In this document: one piece after another, positions 48,301 through 55,104 of the stretch | Position numbering within the stretch: position 1 is the first letter of the stretch | Layout: each line of letters opens with the position of its first letter | Source: a virus | Virus record (IMG/VR): IMGVR_UViG_3300017971_000292 | Strand: one strand, 5' to 3' | Length of the DNA stretch: 64,000 nt | Translations under genes and position numbers: made by a program | The notes under the pieces: generated by a model | Database searches by the model: none | Seen by the model: only the letters and a program-made list of their open reading frames with translations | What the model was told of the DNA's origin: nothing

Positions 48301-48482
48301 AGATCAATTGGAAGGCCGCCAATGAAATCATCGAGCGGTGGGGCCGTGAAGGCGGTGACAAGACGAAGCTGCCCGCCGGCATGAAGCGGACCTTCGACAA
48401 AGTAGTCGACAGTGGGCTCTTCGAGGAGAAGGTCCAACAGATCGAAGCTCGGGCGGCGGTTGAAGCTGGACGGGCGAAGTAG
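42300..48482 (+). CDS. Giant multidomain protein (2060 aa). Candidate internal or ejected virion protein or tape-measure-like protein with enzymatic domains.
   Basis: N-terminal Gly/Ala-rich segment, an HExxH motif (TTLGHEVFHAL), a GxGxG-like motif (NADIGAGKSE) and several basic regions. Ends with TAG. Confidence 0.75.
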   Translation: MPFDVTKSFPSMTQGPDTKSGFDVTSMPNFGSQPSGNFDVTKMYQQGQPVGQPGVDRPLTQDEFKQQWRREQERGVLDKTIGAGVSFATEGVPAFVKYGWEQGVGAIKEIPKLATQPWKVGSTAGEAALRGTFDFLNIGRMPVAWARDKMIKATTNLGPEGDMLVDYNRYLENFKTMRVREQFERGGATMLGSVPQALGAQVGMALPETKLPETIAPEQHAAELASIVLDPSLLVGGVGKAAGASAKASSLAARTAARSPRLARGMEIASGFKGALGEDVGAGIAKMGRGVEHVGKTKAAQFVQKATPAVVGMSAVGAAMGAPMAIAAPMAMASAGLAFAKRGGQMLSGLGDAVSAWSRTEPGRIALNRLQQVALDEAAPEWLRRTARRGSKMGLGRGLEVARNLKQAAKAGTAVAAIPALTGTSTAEEAGQMMGMGAGFGALGHVVMSPVMRAGTRRAMEDVDIASWHSGLDEGSKHIVSKLDREGMLKAATLEAFINSMRPTEEGPGVLIRYADDDTWAAITDQEVGPAGVQAVETVLGGERPAVTINVDRMADTTLGHEVFHALSRDPRIVDQSKLRSMLFDQIHPETGEVMSTGLFDSNTLAAMRADYLGKFDAASEAGRKMHRMAGEQPTKFDNLIREEVTAELFGAMLGKADSGVFRNLDSLTQRKIDAWLTTGEPLTKLQEMKKAIATKLGLYKTQEGNIGSHIYPGLETSPKITAELRNIMRARLDVFGEGEATGPRVRIGDEGKEVHAEFDAREVATDPRLAEIFKDADVWQRNEDGTVKIDAYNRPMVRTAKQMKRVEAQRAELMTKTLEQVDVEEPGAMKLIISDDGTPRWSGRYFTDPQIEALTAAMPGWMWPPSMTDKLRMINEAAKVGMPLMMNYNPALLRNKYASRLGMTLRMGVPLKMDITKAGNFVVTTVDLVHLQDKLGRWWDADQKLKDKGQPPKYFRTFESLEEIDQLIKTYLTNHQEGRPGQTGLHADPKVAMERKHILNDLFNIRTDKTDPLNPRRLSSARKEKDTLIRSRRFDRINSIEPAKGDPMPLSYESLKMNYQPGAEDLAVSAAKEAPEPSQARGLAEDAGVSPKPPGETPGTSSPFGEAAGQRSTKGYYKGFTDSEKFGIPDEWKEPGQMFMKFQPGEKPGLPKQEISSKATSLEQVPAKAFYGTVKFPEGARNADIGAGKSELFTEYLKERGVENLRYDRFWQKPEEVAAFAKAIKDPTETATVNNVLNVIKEPAPRDYVIRQAAAAIKADGTAYFKIYEGDGTGKGKETAKGYQNNRKATDYVKEIEQHFSEVTRKGDVLIATKPKAQGIIGQDIMFQPGAEPEKITHAALRVPDNEGGFNIYVGPQHFVAIAKASRDMKLTSDFIMDKMGEIDGFVTDKGRFVSRQEAYRLHYGEEKAGVLDSGDVPALKERAKTETVRDVLVGDVPSNPYIVQREARNTVMNKKRPSTFLPDGGGNAVVGGDVRYSPGSVDAWAKRLRKAKDALRVYGKDGVEQIIKAAEATRKVMAPFSKFLGEELKGSPLRENADPLFTTTFDLSTVCPQQDLYVAAVGHVEAKMGRILAPHERYAVGLVLQDMGQDTACWYCYGQIKRDIREKGMGDAVDFNNKLVTLARKKKGKLTTEDVQSLTHRPIEFPIDPKKKVPEDAKVAALPGRKFTRLAAFFLNNPKSLTKMDPLRVRDIIRGKATATPKEAAFIKTVDRYTASAFKENKPKGWSPYTDQIATMRQEDVDLFNSMAGMRMNSQTDFRPWHVLDLMQGMADARARGLAWHVYTKTPDFLNVFGDTGIKFNMSVEYAHDASGNPVPRSAEGGGAGYKFNDMEGMPDADALRLREEHAENAGTMLMAFNPKEVELGMADPNVDMIIPYHKGGVPQKIEAQVKGVDMSAMQHEHFPDGWGKPRDVYMGRGKTKKLQAMDVKLSDGSTVEIVKGRPITRREHKNSKKRYLEICEKAGITPKFEKWKSHPGYMKLIRDVAREPGKQSPVDPNKINWKAANEIIERWGREGGDKTKLPAGMKRTFDKVVDSGLFEEKVQQIEARAAVEAGRAK

Positions 48483-48516
48483 ATCAAGCTATCTTTGAAC
48501 TTTACGGAGGATACTA

Positions 48517-48833
48517 TGCAATATCGAAAAGCACTGACCATCAGCAAGAGCTCAGGTGACACCACGGTCTACACCTTCAGTGCTGCCGACCTGAAGGACG
48601 ACGGCGGGGCGCACATGACCGAGGCCGTCATCTCGGTGAAGCGTGGGCAGATCAATTACACGTTCACCCACAACCCCGGGATTGACCCGGCGGATGGGTC
48701 CATCAACGCGTACGCTACGTTGTCCGCCTCCTCGGCCGACGGCCAGGTAACCATCAAGGGGTACCAGAACTTGGCGAACTTTCGCTACAATATTACCGGA
48801 GATACTGACGTCTACGTTGTACTTGGCGCATGA
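48517..48833 (+). CDS. Hypothetical protein (~105 aa)
   Basis: Frame of ORF 48495..48833 trimmed to the Met after the GGAGGATACT RBS. Confidence 0.5.
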
Positions 48834-49354
48834 TCGCTCGTTTGATGATCGACACCCCGAAGATCACAGTTGGAATTGACCCAGGCATGTCCGGAGCCGT
48901 AGCCGTGCTCGGCAAGGGCAACCTACAGATTTTCCGCGACTTTAAGGCTCCCCTCGATATCGTCCACGGCGTTCAGGCCGCTGCCCAGGTCTGCGCGGAG
49001 CCGGATATGATCGTCATAGAGGACGTCCACGCGATGCCCGGCCAGGGGGTTGTCTCCATGTTCAATTTCGGCCACGCTACGGGGGTAGCAAGAGGGGCCA
49101 TCCTGGCTTCTTTTCCAGGACAGCCCCTTGTTAAGGTCGCTCCGCTCAAGTGGCAGAACGTGCTGCGAGTGATTGGTGAATGGTACAAGCCTCGAGAGTT
49201 CGACTCACGGGCTATAGCTCTTCAGTTGTTCCCATCCCCAGCCCACGCGGCTTTGTTTCGCCGGAAGAAGGATCACAACTCGGCTGATGCGGCTCTGATG
49301 GCTCTGTGGGCTCTTCATCAACTGGAGGCTCCTCCAACGGGTCGTCCTGACTGA
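48830..49354 (+). CDS. RuvC-like Holliday-junction resolvase
   Basis: GIDPGMSGAVAVL ... IVIEDVHAM ... DHNSADAALMALWA places catalytic D/E/D/D in a RuvC-like arrangement. Confidence 0.65.
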   Translation: MIARLMIDTPKITVGIDPGMSGAVAVLGKGNLQIFRDFKAPLDIVHGVQAAAQVCAEPDMIVIEDVHAMPGQGVVSMFNFGHATGVARGAILASFPGQPLVKVAPLKWQNVLRVIGEWYKPREFDSRAIALQLFPSPAHAALFRRKKDHNSADAALMALWALHQLEAPPTGRPD

Positions 49355-49979
49355 CCTCGGCCGGATCTGCGCCCATTCGGGCAGCCAGCGAGTCGATATC
49401 CTGTTCGACCGTCGGCTCCGCGAACTGCACAGCCGACAGCCCCTCACGCGGAACACGCACTCCTGCGGCCCAGGTCCCGAGGTCCGCCTTGTTAGTGATC
49501 TCTTCCGCGATGTTCAGCTCCACCAGGATTCGCTGCACGGCCTCGATTGGGGACTCGCACAGGTACAGGTAGGGGATGCGGATGATCTGACAACCGTACA
49601 TCACCCCGTCCTCCAGGTGGTGGCCAGTGATCCATCGGCGCATGAACCGGTCGAAGTAGGCACGCCACATGTCACGCGGGGGCGGTTTCTGACGACGGGC
49701 CAACTCGTACTCGCACCAGCTCTCGTAGGCCGGCTCGAACTCCCGATCCTGGACGACGACCAGTTCGTTTTTGGGTTTGAAGTCCAGCCCGTAATCATGG
49801 GTCTTGGACGCTTGCATCCACCATCGGCTACTGTAATCGAACCGGGGATCGGCCTGGTTCTGGTAGACGAAGCGGGGTCCTAACGCGGCACGCATGCCAC
49901 GTTCCAGTAGGTGGTGCCCCGAGCGGGGGAAAGTCACAAACGTGACCTTAGCGCCGGGAGCGTTTTTCGGGTTTGTCAT
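49212..49979 (-). CDS. Hypothetical protein, possible sulfotransferase-like P-loop (255 aa). Its 3' end overlaps the convergent RuvC-like gene by ~140 bp.
   Basis: FPRSGHHLLERGM resembles the sulfotransferase PAPS-binding 5'PSB motif (PKSGTT). This is weak. The C-terminus is acidic and low-complexity. Confidence 0.5.
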   Translation of the reverse strand: MTNPKNAPGAKVTFVTFPRSGHHLLERGMRAALGPRFVYQNQADPRFDYSSRWWMQASKTHDYGLDFKPKNELVVVQDREFEPAYESWCEYELARRQKPPPRDMWRAYFDRFMRRWITGHHLEDGVMYGCQIIRIPYLYLCESPIEAVQRILVELNIAEEITNKADLGTWAAGVRVPREGLSAVQFAEPTVEQDIDSLAARMGADPAEVSQDDPLEEPPVDEEPTEPSEPHQPSCDPSSGETKPRGLGMGTTEEL

Positions 49980-50117
49980 AAGCTATGCGTTCAGCGCGGG
50001 ATGCGCGACGGTAGAGTCGTTGGTTAGGACAGGCGACTGCCTTGACCGGTGAAAGTTCGCGGGACGGATGCTTGGGCACCCAGACGTAGCCACTCTTCGA
50101 GGGGTCGTAGTTGAATT

Positions 50118-50825
50118 TCATTCTTTGGGGACTGGGGTCCTGAGTGCGGCCTCTTCCTTATAGCGGTTCTTGCGCTCCAGGATGTACCACCCGGCGACTC
50201 CGATGAACACGAGGAGTGCAAACCACATGGCGTTATCGACAACCGCCTTACTCATCGCCGGGGCAATCACGCATGCGCCTGCAGCTGCTCCCAGGATCAA
50301 GCGGCCCTCTTTGGACAAGCCCATTGGGCGGCCGTACGGAGTGAACGAAAAAACGAGCAGCCCAAGGGGGAGGAGCCCCAATAGCGGGAGCCACTTCACT
50401 GAATTCATGAACGCCTTGACCTCCTCGGCCTTGGCCTTACCCTTGGCCCAAATGGATCGGGTCTCCGTGTTGTCCTGAGCCGGCCCGATGATCGTCTCGG
50501 TTGTCTCCTCAGTCCGGCTCCGCACGACCCCATTACTGGGCGTCGACAAGAGCGCGAAGTTTGTCGGGAAGTGGACGGTCTCTGTGACGATGGTGTGCGT
50601 CTGGCGAGTCTCGGAGGCTGGGTCTTCAGATTGGGTGACTGTCTGAGTCAGGTTCGTACCCTGGCGGTCGGTACGGGCGGAGCCGGGGGATAACTTGGGT
50701 TCTGGCCGCTGGCAGCTCGTGCAGACAAGGACGATGAGGACCAGTAGATTATGCCTTAGCGTTGTCATCAGCGTGGAGTCGTTTAGCCAGCGGGCATTTA
50801 CCTGACTGAGCTTTTTCGCATTCAC
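50118..50825 (-). CDS. Membrane protein with an N-terminal anchor and three C-terminal transmembrane helices (235 aa; start may be Met at ~50768)
   Basis: Hydrophobic segments LLVLIVLVCTSC, LLGLLPLGLLVFSF, LILGAAAGACVIAPA and MWFALLVFIGVAGWYIL. Confidence 0.55.
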   Translation of the reverse strand: MNAKKLSQVNARWLNDSTLMTTLRHNLLVLIVLVCTSCQRPEPKLSPGSARTDRQGTNLTQTVTQSEDPASETRQTHTIVTETVHFPTNFALLSTPSNGVVRSRTEETTETIIGPAQDNTETRSIWAKGKAKAEEVKAFMNSVKWLPLLGLLPLGLLVFSFTPYGRPMGLSKEGRLILGAAAGACVIAPAMSKAVVDNAMWFALLVFIGVAGWYILERKNRYKEEAALRTPVPKE

Positions 50826-51069
50826 TTTGGGCCTCCGCGATCAGTTGTTCGAGCTCTCGCTCGCGTTTCCACCGCCCGCGCGCCCTGAAAATCTGGTAGA
50901 CGGTGAACAAAATTGTCCCTACTAAAAGGATAATCTGTAGAACGCCCTTTACAATGAGAATTGTCTGATCTGGCGCGAGCGCAGTCTGCTGAGCGGACAC
51001 AGCAAGAACCGGTGCGCTCACGATGGGCACATTCCAATTCTTCACGAATTCAACAATGTTCATGATCAT
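50749..51069 (-). CDS. Small membrane protein (106 aa), holin-like candidate
   Basis: Two hydrophobic helices followed by a charged C-terminus. Confidence 0.45.
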   Translation of the reverse strand: MIMNIVEFVKNWNVPIVSAPVLAVSAQQTALAPDQTILIVKGVLQIILLVGTILFTVYQIFRARGRWKRERELEQLIAEAQSECEKAQSGKCPLAKRLHADDNAKA

Positions 51070-51123
51070 ACAACTCCCTCCTTCCCGCCATTATACGGGG
51101 GAAGGAGGGCGGGATTCAAGGGT

Positions 51124-51591
51124 TTACGGATGGGGCAGACAGGCCTGTACGACATCCTCCACGGTGCCAGGGTCTTTACCGATATCCGTCTTCGTCAACT
51201 CCCTGATCGCCTTGGCCGCCGGTCCCGGGATCGGCAGGTCGTCGACCAGGTTGCTGTTGGCCTTGGCGTCCAGGATGATCGCCATACAAGCCAGCGCGTG
51301 CGCCTCGTGGGGCATCCCCGACTCGGGGTCTTCCTTCGCCCCATCGAGCGCCTGGAGGATGTGACGCATGGCCGCCTCCAGGTAGATGGAGTGTTTGACG
51401 TGCTTCTCGCGCCAGTTGTACGGGCCGTACTTCTTGGCCCCGAGCTCCATGACTCGGGAGCCGTAGATGATCGCCGCAGGAGGAAAGAGCCGGAGGGGCG
51501 GCTTCTTCAGCCCCTCCAGGTCCTTCGGATTGGTCGTCGTAGCCTTCGAGCTACTACCGGCAAAGGCCGGGTCGTTTTCTCCAGTCCTCAT
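51124..51591 (-). CDS. dATP/dGTP pyrophosphohydrolase-like (dATP_pyrophos N-terminal domain-like) protein
   Basis: GSRVMELGAKKYGPYNWREKHVKHSIYLEAAMRHI resembles the conserved KYG..NW core of that family. The call is made from memory, with moderate confidence. Confidence 0.5.
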   Translation of the reverse strand: MRTGENDPAFAGSSSKATTTNPKDLEGLKKPPLRLFPPAAIIYGSRVMELGAKKYGPYNWREKHVKHSIYLEAAMRHILQALDGAKEDPESGMPHEAHALACMAIILDAKANSNLVDDLPIPGPAAKAIRELTKTDIGKDPGTVEDVVQACLPHP

Positions 51592-51595
51592 GGCA

Positions 51596-52084
51596 TTAGC
51601 CGTTGCGGGGCGGGGCAGCAGGCATCTTCAGGACGTTCGCCGGAGGAGGAAGAGGGGGTCCCTCTGGCAGCTTCTGTGCGGGCTGGACGGCTCCGACCTC
51701 ATGGAAGAGGAGGGCCATGAGCGACGGCTGGTCGATGACGATCCGGTTGACCGGCGGGATGTCCTTTTGCGCCTTGTAGGCAGCCAGCAGTTCGCCAATC
51801 TGCTGTTCGGTGGACGCGGGTGTTTGGCGCAGGTTGACCTGCGTGATGGGGATCAGCCCCTCGATCTTGGCGTCCGGGAAAGACTCTTGGAGTTTGGCTT
51901 TCGCGAACTCGACTGCATGCGCCGTCTGCGTCTCACTGATCTGGCGCATGTGCGTCATCGTCTTCTGCACGTCAGGATCCTTGTGGATGTCCATCAACGC
52001 TTGACGATGCTTGTCGGACTCTCGGTACCCCGGGGGGACGTGGAGTCCCCCGGCCGTCTTAACTGTTGGTTTTTGGTCTTGCAT
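51596..52084 (-). CDS. Hypothetical protein (162 aa)
   Basis: ORF track. Confidence 0.55.
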   Translation of the reverse strand: MQDQKPTVKTAGGLHVPPGYRESDKHRQALMDIHKDPDVQKTMTHMRQISETQTAHAVEFAKAKLQESFPDAKIEGLIPITQVNLRQTPASTEQQIGELLAAYKAQKDIPPVNRIVIDQPSLMALLFHEVGAVQPAQKLPEGPPLPPPANVLKMPAAPPRNG

Positions 52085-52090
52085 AAGATT

Positions 52091-53276
52091 CTACTTGGCT
52101 GGTGCGGTTACAGTGACTTGGGTGCGAACAGCGTCGTCCCCGGGCAGGTGCACTTGGTAGTAGCCCCGGTCGAAGAAGTTCTTGAACTCGACTTGGAAAC
52201 GTGTGATCGCGCCATTGGGATCCAATTTCAGCGAGATGATGGCTCCACCGACCTCGTAGCGCAACTTTAATTTGCGGGCAAAGATCGTCTGGTCTGCCAT
52301 CCCGGGAGCCATCACACAGTGACAGTTCCGCTCGATGAAGTACCCGTGGACGTGGTAGTGGCCGAGTAGGCAGACTGCGGGCTTCTCCCCGCCTTGGAAC
52401 GACTCGACCAGCTTCTGGGCCACATACGACCGAGCGTACGTCGATCCGCCGCCCGGGTGCATGACCTTCATGACGCACCCCACGTCCTCGTTGGGGAGCC
52501 GCAGGTTGACGTCGCCCTCGACATGGCCGATGTAAGTGAGGTCATCCCGACCTGCGTCTCGCGCGATCTTCTCCATGTACGCGCCGTAGTTCCACCCCTT
52601 CTTGATCCACCAACCTTCGTGGTCGTCGCCGGTAATGAAGTAGGTCTTGATGTTAGGTCGGCGGGGCATGAGCGCAGCAAACATCTTGGCCTGCCCGTCC
52701 GGAGTGTGGTTGACACAGTCCTGGCTGTTAATGCGCGGCAGGAACCCGTCTACAGGGTTGCCTGGCATGAACACCTGGGTGATCCCCTCCTCAGCGAAGA
52801 GGTCGTAGAGCGCGTTGCACGCGTCCTCACGGAACCCTCTGTTCCCGATGTGCGTGTCGGAGACGACGCCGAATCGGATCCACCCACCGACCCCTCTCAC
52901 GAAGTCCGCCTGGATGGCCCCAGCTTCCGGCCTGGCGAGACTTAGGCACGGGCCGATCTGCTGGATCTCGTAGTCCTCCTTCAGGACGCCCAGGACGTCC
53001 TCCAGGCGTCCCACGCCCACTCCCAGGCTCTGGGCCAGCTCAGCCGGCGTACAGGGAGAGCTCTTGAGGGCCTCGTAGGCCATCAGTGCCAGCTGTTCGC
53101 TGGACAGGGCGTCCATGTCTCCCGCGTGCGCCCCCTTGAGCCGGTTCAGGTAAATCCGGGCGGTGTTCTCGGATATGCCCAGCTGTTCCCCGCACGCGCG
53201 GCGGGAGATGTTGGGGTTCTTCTCGAATAGCTCGCGAACGCGGGCCAACGTCTCGGTATTGATTGGTTTGCTCATA
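52091..53276 (-). CDS. HTH-domain plus calcineurin-like metallophosphoesterase fusion (~395 aa)
   Basis: N-terminal ISRRACGEQLGISENTARIYLNRL (HTH). Phosphoesterase motifs GVVSDTHIGNRG, GDDHEGWW and GHYHVHGY. Its ATG overlaps the TGA of the DNA polymerase gene (ATGA). Confidence 0.7.
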
Positions 53277-55104
53277 ACGGGATGTCGACGGGGGTTGGCT
53301 CTTTGACGTAGCAACTGGCAAAACCACCCTCTACAGCGAGGGGGATCCCCTCTGCCCACTCGGGCGGAGTACGAAGGATCCGCGCCATCTCAACGAGCGC
53401 CTCCATTTTGGATTTGTCGTCCTTCACCTCGACAATGACCTCATCGTGCGATGTGAAGCGGACTGGCAGACCGGCTTTCCAGCAGGCCACGGCCCTTGAA
53501 GCCATGATATCACGCGCCACGCGTTGCACCAAGTTCTCGGTCAAGAACCCGCCCCACACACGACTGCAGATATTGTTTCCTCGGAAGTCGCCCTTCACCT
53601 TCAACGTCTGAATTCCGGACTGGCCCGTCTTCCTGCAGTTGAAGTGGCGGAGCTTCTCACCACTCGGTAGATCCAAGACCAGCGTCTTCGACGGGGCCCG
53701 ACAGGCGCGCTTGAGCGACGTGTCCAACTCAGACCACAGTGAGGTGACGCCCGGGTTGAGTGAGCGGAAAGCCTCGACGTCCGCCTTAGCGACGTCCGGG
53801 TCAAGGTCCTGGCCGCCGTAGTTCCGGTACTTGTTCGCGCCCATCCCGTAACCAAGACCGAGGACCTTGTTCTTGGTCTTCGTGTAGAGGTCCAGATTCG
53901 TCTTCTTCAGCGCACCTTCCCTGGGATCCCACTGCCCCCACTGGATGGCAAACGCCTCATACAACGGGTAGCCCTTGACCAGCATGTCCAGCAGCGCCTG
54001 GTTGCCGGTCAACCAGTGGAGCACCCGGGGCTCAATCTGCGCGTAATCAAGAATGCAAAAGACGTTGCCCGGATCGGGCGTCAGCCAATTGCGCGGCATG
54101 ATCTCGACGACCTCGTCACCGCCGACTGGGAACGCCAGCGGATCCCGGGGGAGGTTCTGGACGTTCACGCCTTGGCTCGACCAACGCCGAGTATGGGGGG
54201 CCCCACAATAGAGGAGATCGAGCGGCATGCGCCCGTCCCTCTCACGCACTCGGCGGAGCACCGCCTGGGCCTTCTCGATAAATCCGTTGGCTGAGCGGTA
54301 AATCTGGACAGCCGTGATGACTTCGTTGAGCGCCGGGTACTGCTTACAGAGTTCGATGCAGTCCTCGTTGTCTTTGGCCACGCTGCGCGGAGCCGGGATG
54401 CCCGACTGGACGCACCATTCCTTGAGTAGCTTAGGGCTCAGCAGCGGGCCGTCCTCGCACCAAGGGATACGTCTGCCGGCTTCCCACTTGGCCTCCTCCA
54501 TCGCGCTGATGTCCTCGTGCACGAGCTCTTGATCAACATACAACCCCTGCCGGTTCTGCCAGCGAGTCATTGCCGCAATGTCCTGCTCGACCGAAGAGAA
54601 CGGGTGGTGCTTCGCGAGCTTCATCAGGCACTCCGCCGCGTCGACCGAATCGGCAAGACAGTACTCGAGGATGGCTTCCTGACGCTCCTTAGGTAGGTCC
54701 TTATAGTGGACCCCGCTCATCTCGTCGCGCAGGGTCTTGTCGACCTTGATGTTCAGGAGGGTCTTGGCCAGTCCAGCTAAATGCCTCGGGAGCTGAGCGG
54801 AGGCACCCCAGTCAAGGATGCATTTCCAGTCATTGGCTGAAGTGATCCCGAGGTGTTCCGTCCAGCCCTGGTCGAAGTTCGAGTTCGCTGCCCAGCATTG
54901 GATGTGGGGGTCTTTGCAGATCTGCTCAACCTCTGGAAGCATCTCCTCAATTGTGCCCACGGCCTGAACTCCGTCCTCGAGCCCCACGACTGAAACCATG
55001 TAAGCATAGGCGTCACGGAAGTAGTTGTCGTTGCCCTGGAGAGATGCCGAAGGCCCATCTTTTTTGTGGTAGTAAGACTCATAGTCAAGGATGTAGTTCT
55101 TCAT
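53272..55104 (-). CDS. Family-A DNA polymerase (Pol I-like, 610 aa)
   Basis: Motif A CILDYAQIEPRVL, motif B KTKNKVLGLGYGMGANKY and motif C FTSHDEVIVEV. The N-terminal region is exonuclease-like. Confidence 0.85.
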   Translation of the reverse strand: MKNYILDYESYYHKKDGPSASLQGNDNYFRDAYAYMVSVVGLEDGVQAVGTIEEMLPEVEQICKDPHIQCWAANSNFDQGWTEHLGITSANDWKCILDWGASAQLPRHLAGLAKTLLNIKVDKTLRDEMSGVHYKDLPKERQEAILEYCLADSVDAAECLMKLAKHHPFSSVEQDIAAMTRWQNRQGLYVDQELVHEDISAMEEAKWEAGRRIPWCEDGPLLSPKLLKEWCVQSGIPAPRSVAKDNEDCIELCKQYPALNEVITAVQIYRSANGFIEKAQAVLRRVRERDGRMPLDLLYCGAPHTRRWSSQGVNVQNLPRDPLAFPVGGDEVVEIMPRNWLTPDPGNVFCILDYAQIEPRVLHWLTGNQALLDMLVKGYPLYEAFAIQWGQWDPREGALKKTNLDLYTKTKNKVLGLGYGMGANKYRNYGGQDLDPDVAKADVEAFRSLNPGVTSLWSELDTSLKRACRAPSKTLVLDLPSGEKLRHFNCRKTGQSGIQTLKVKGDFRGNNICSRVWGGFLTENLVQRVARDIMASRAVACWKAGLPVRFTSHDEVIVEVKDDKSKMEALVEMARILRTPPEWAEGIPLAVEGGFASCYVKEPTPVDIPL

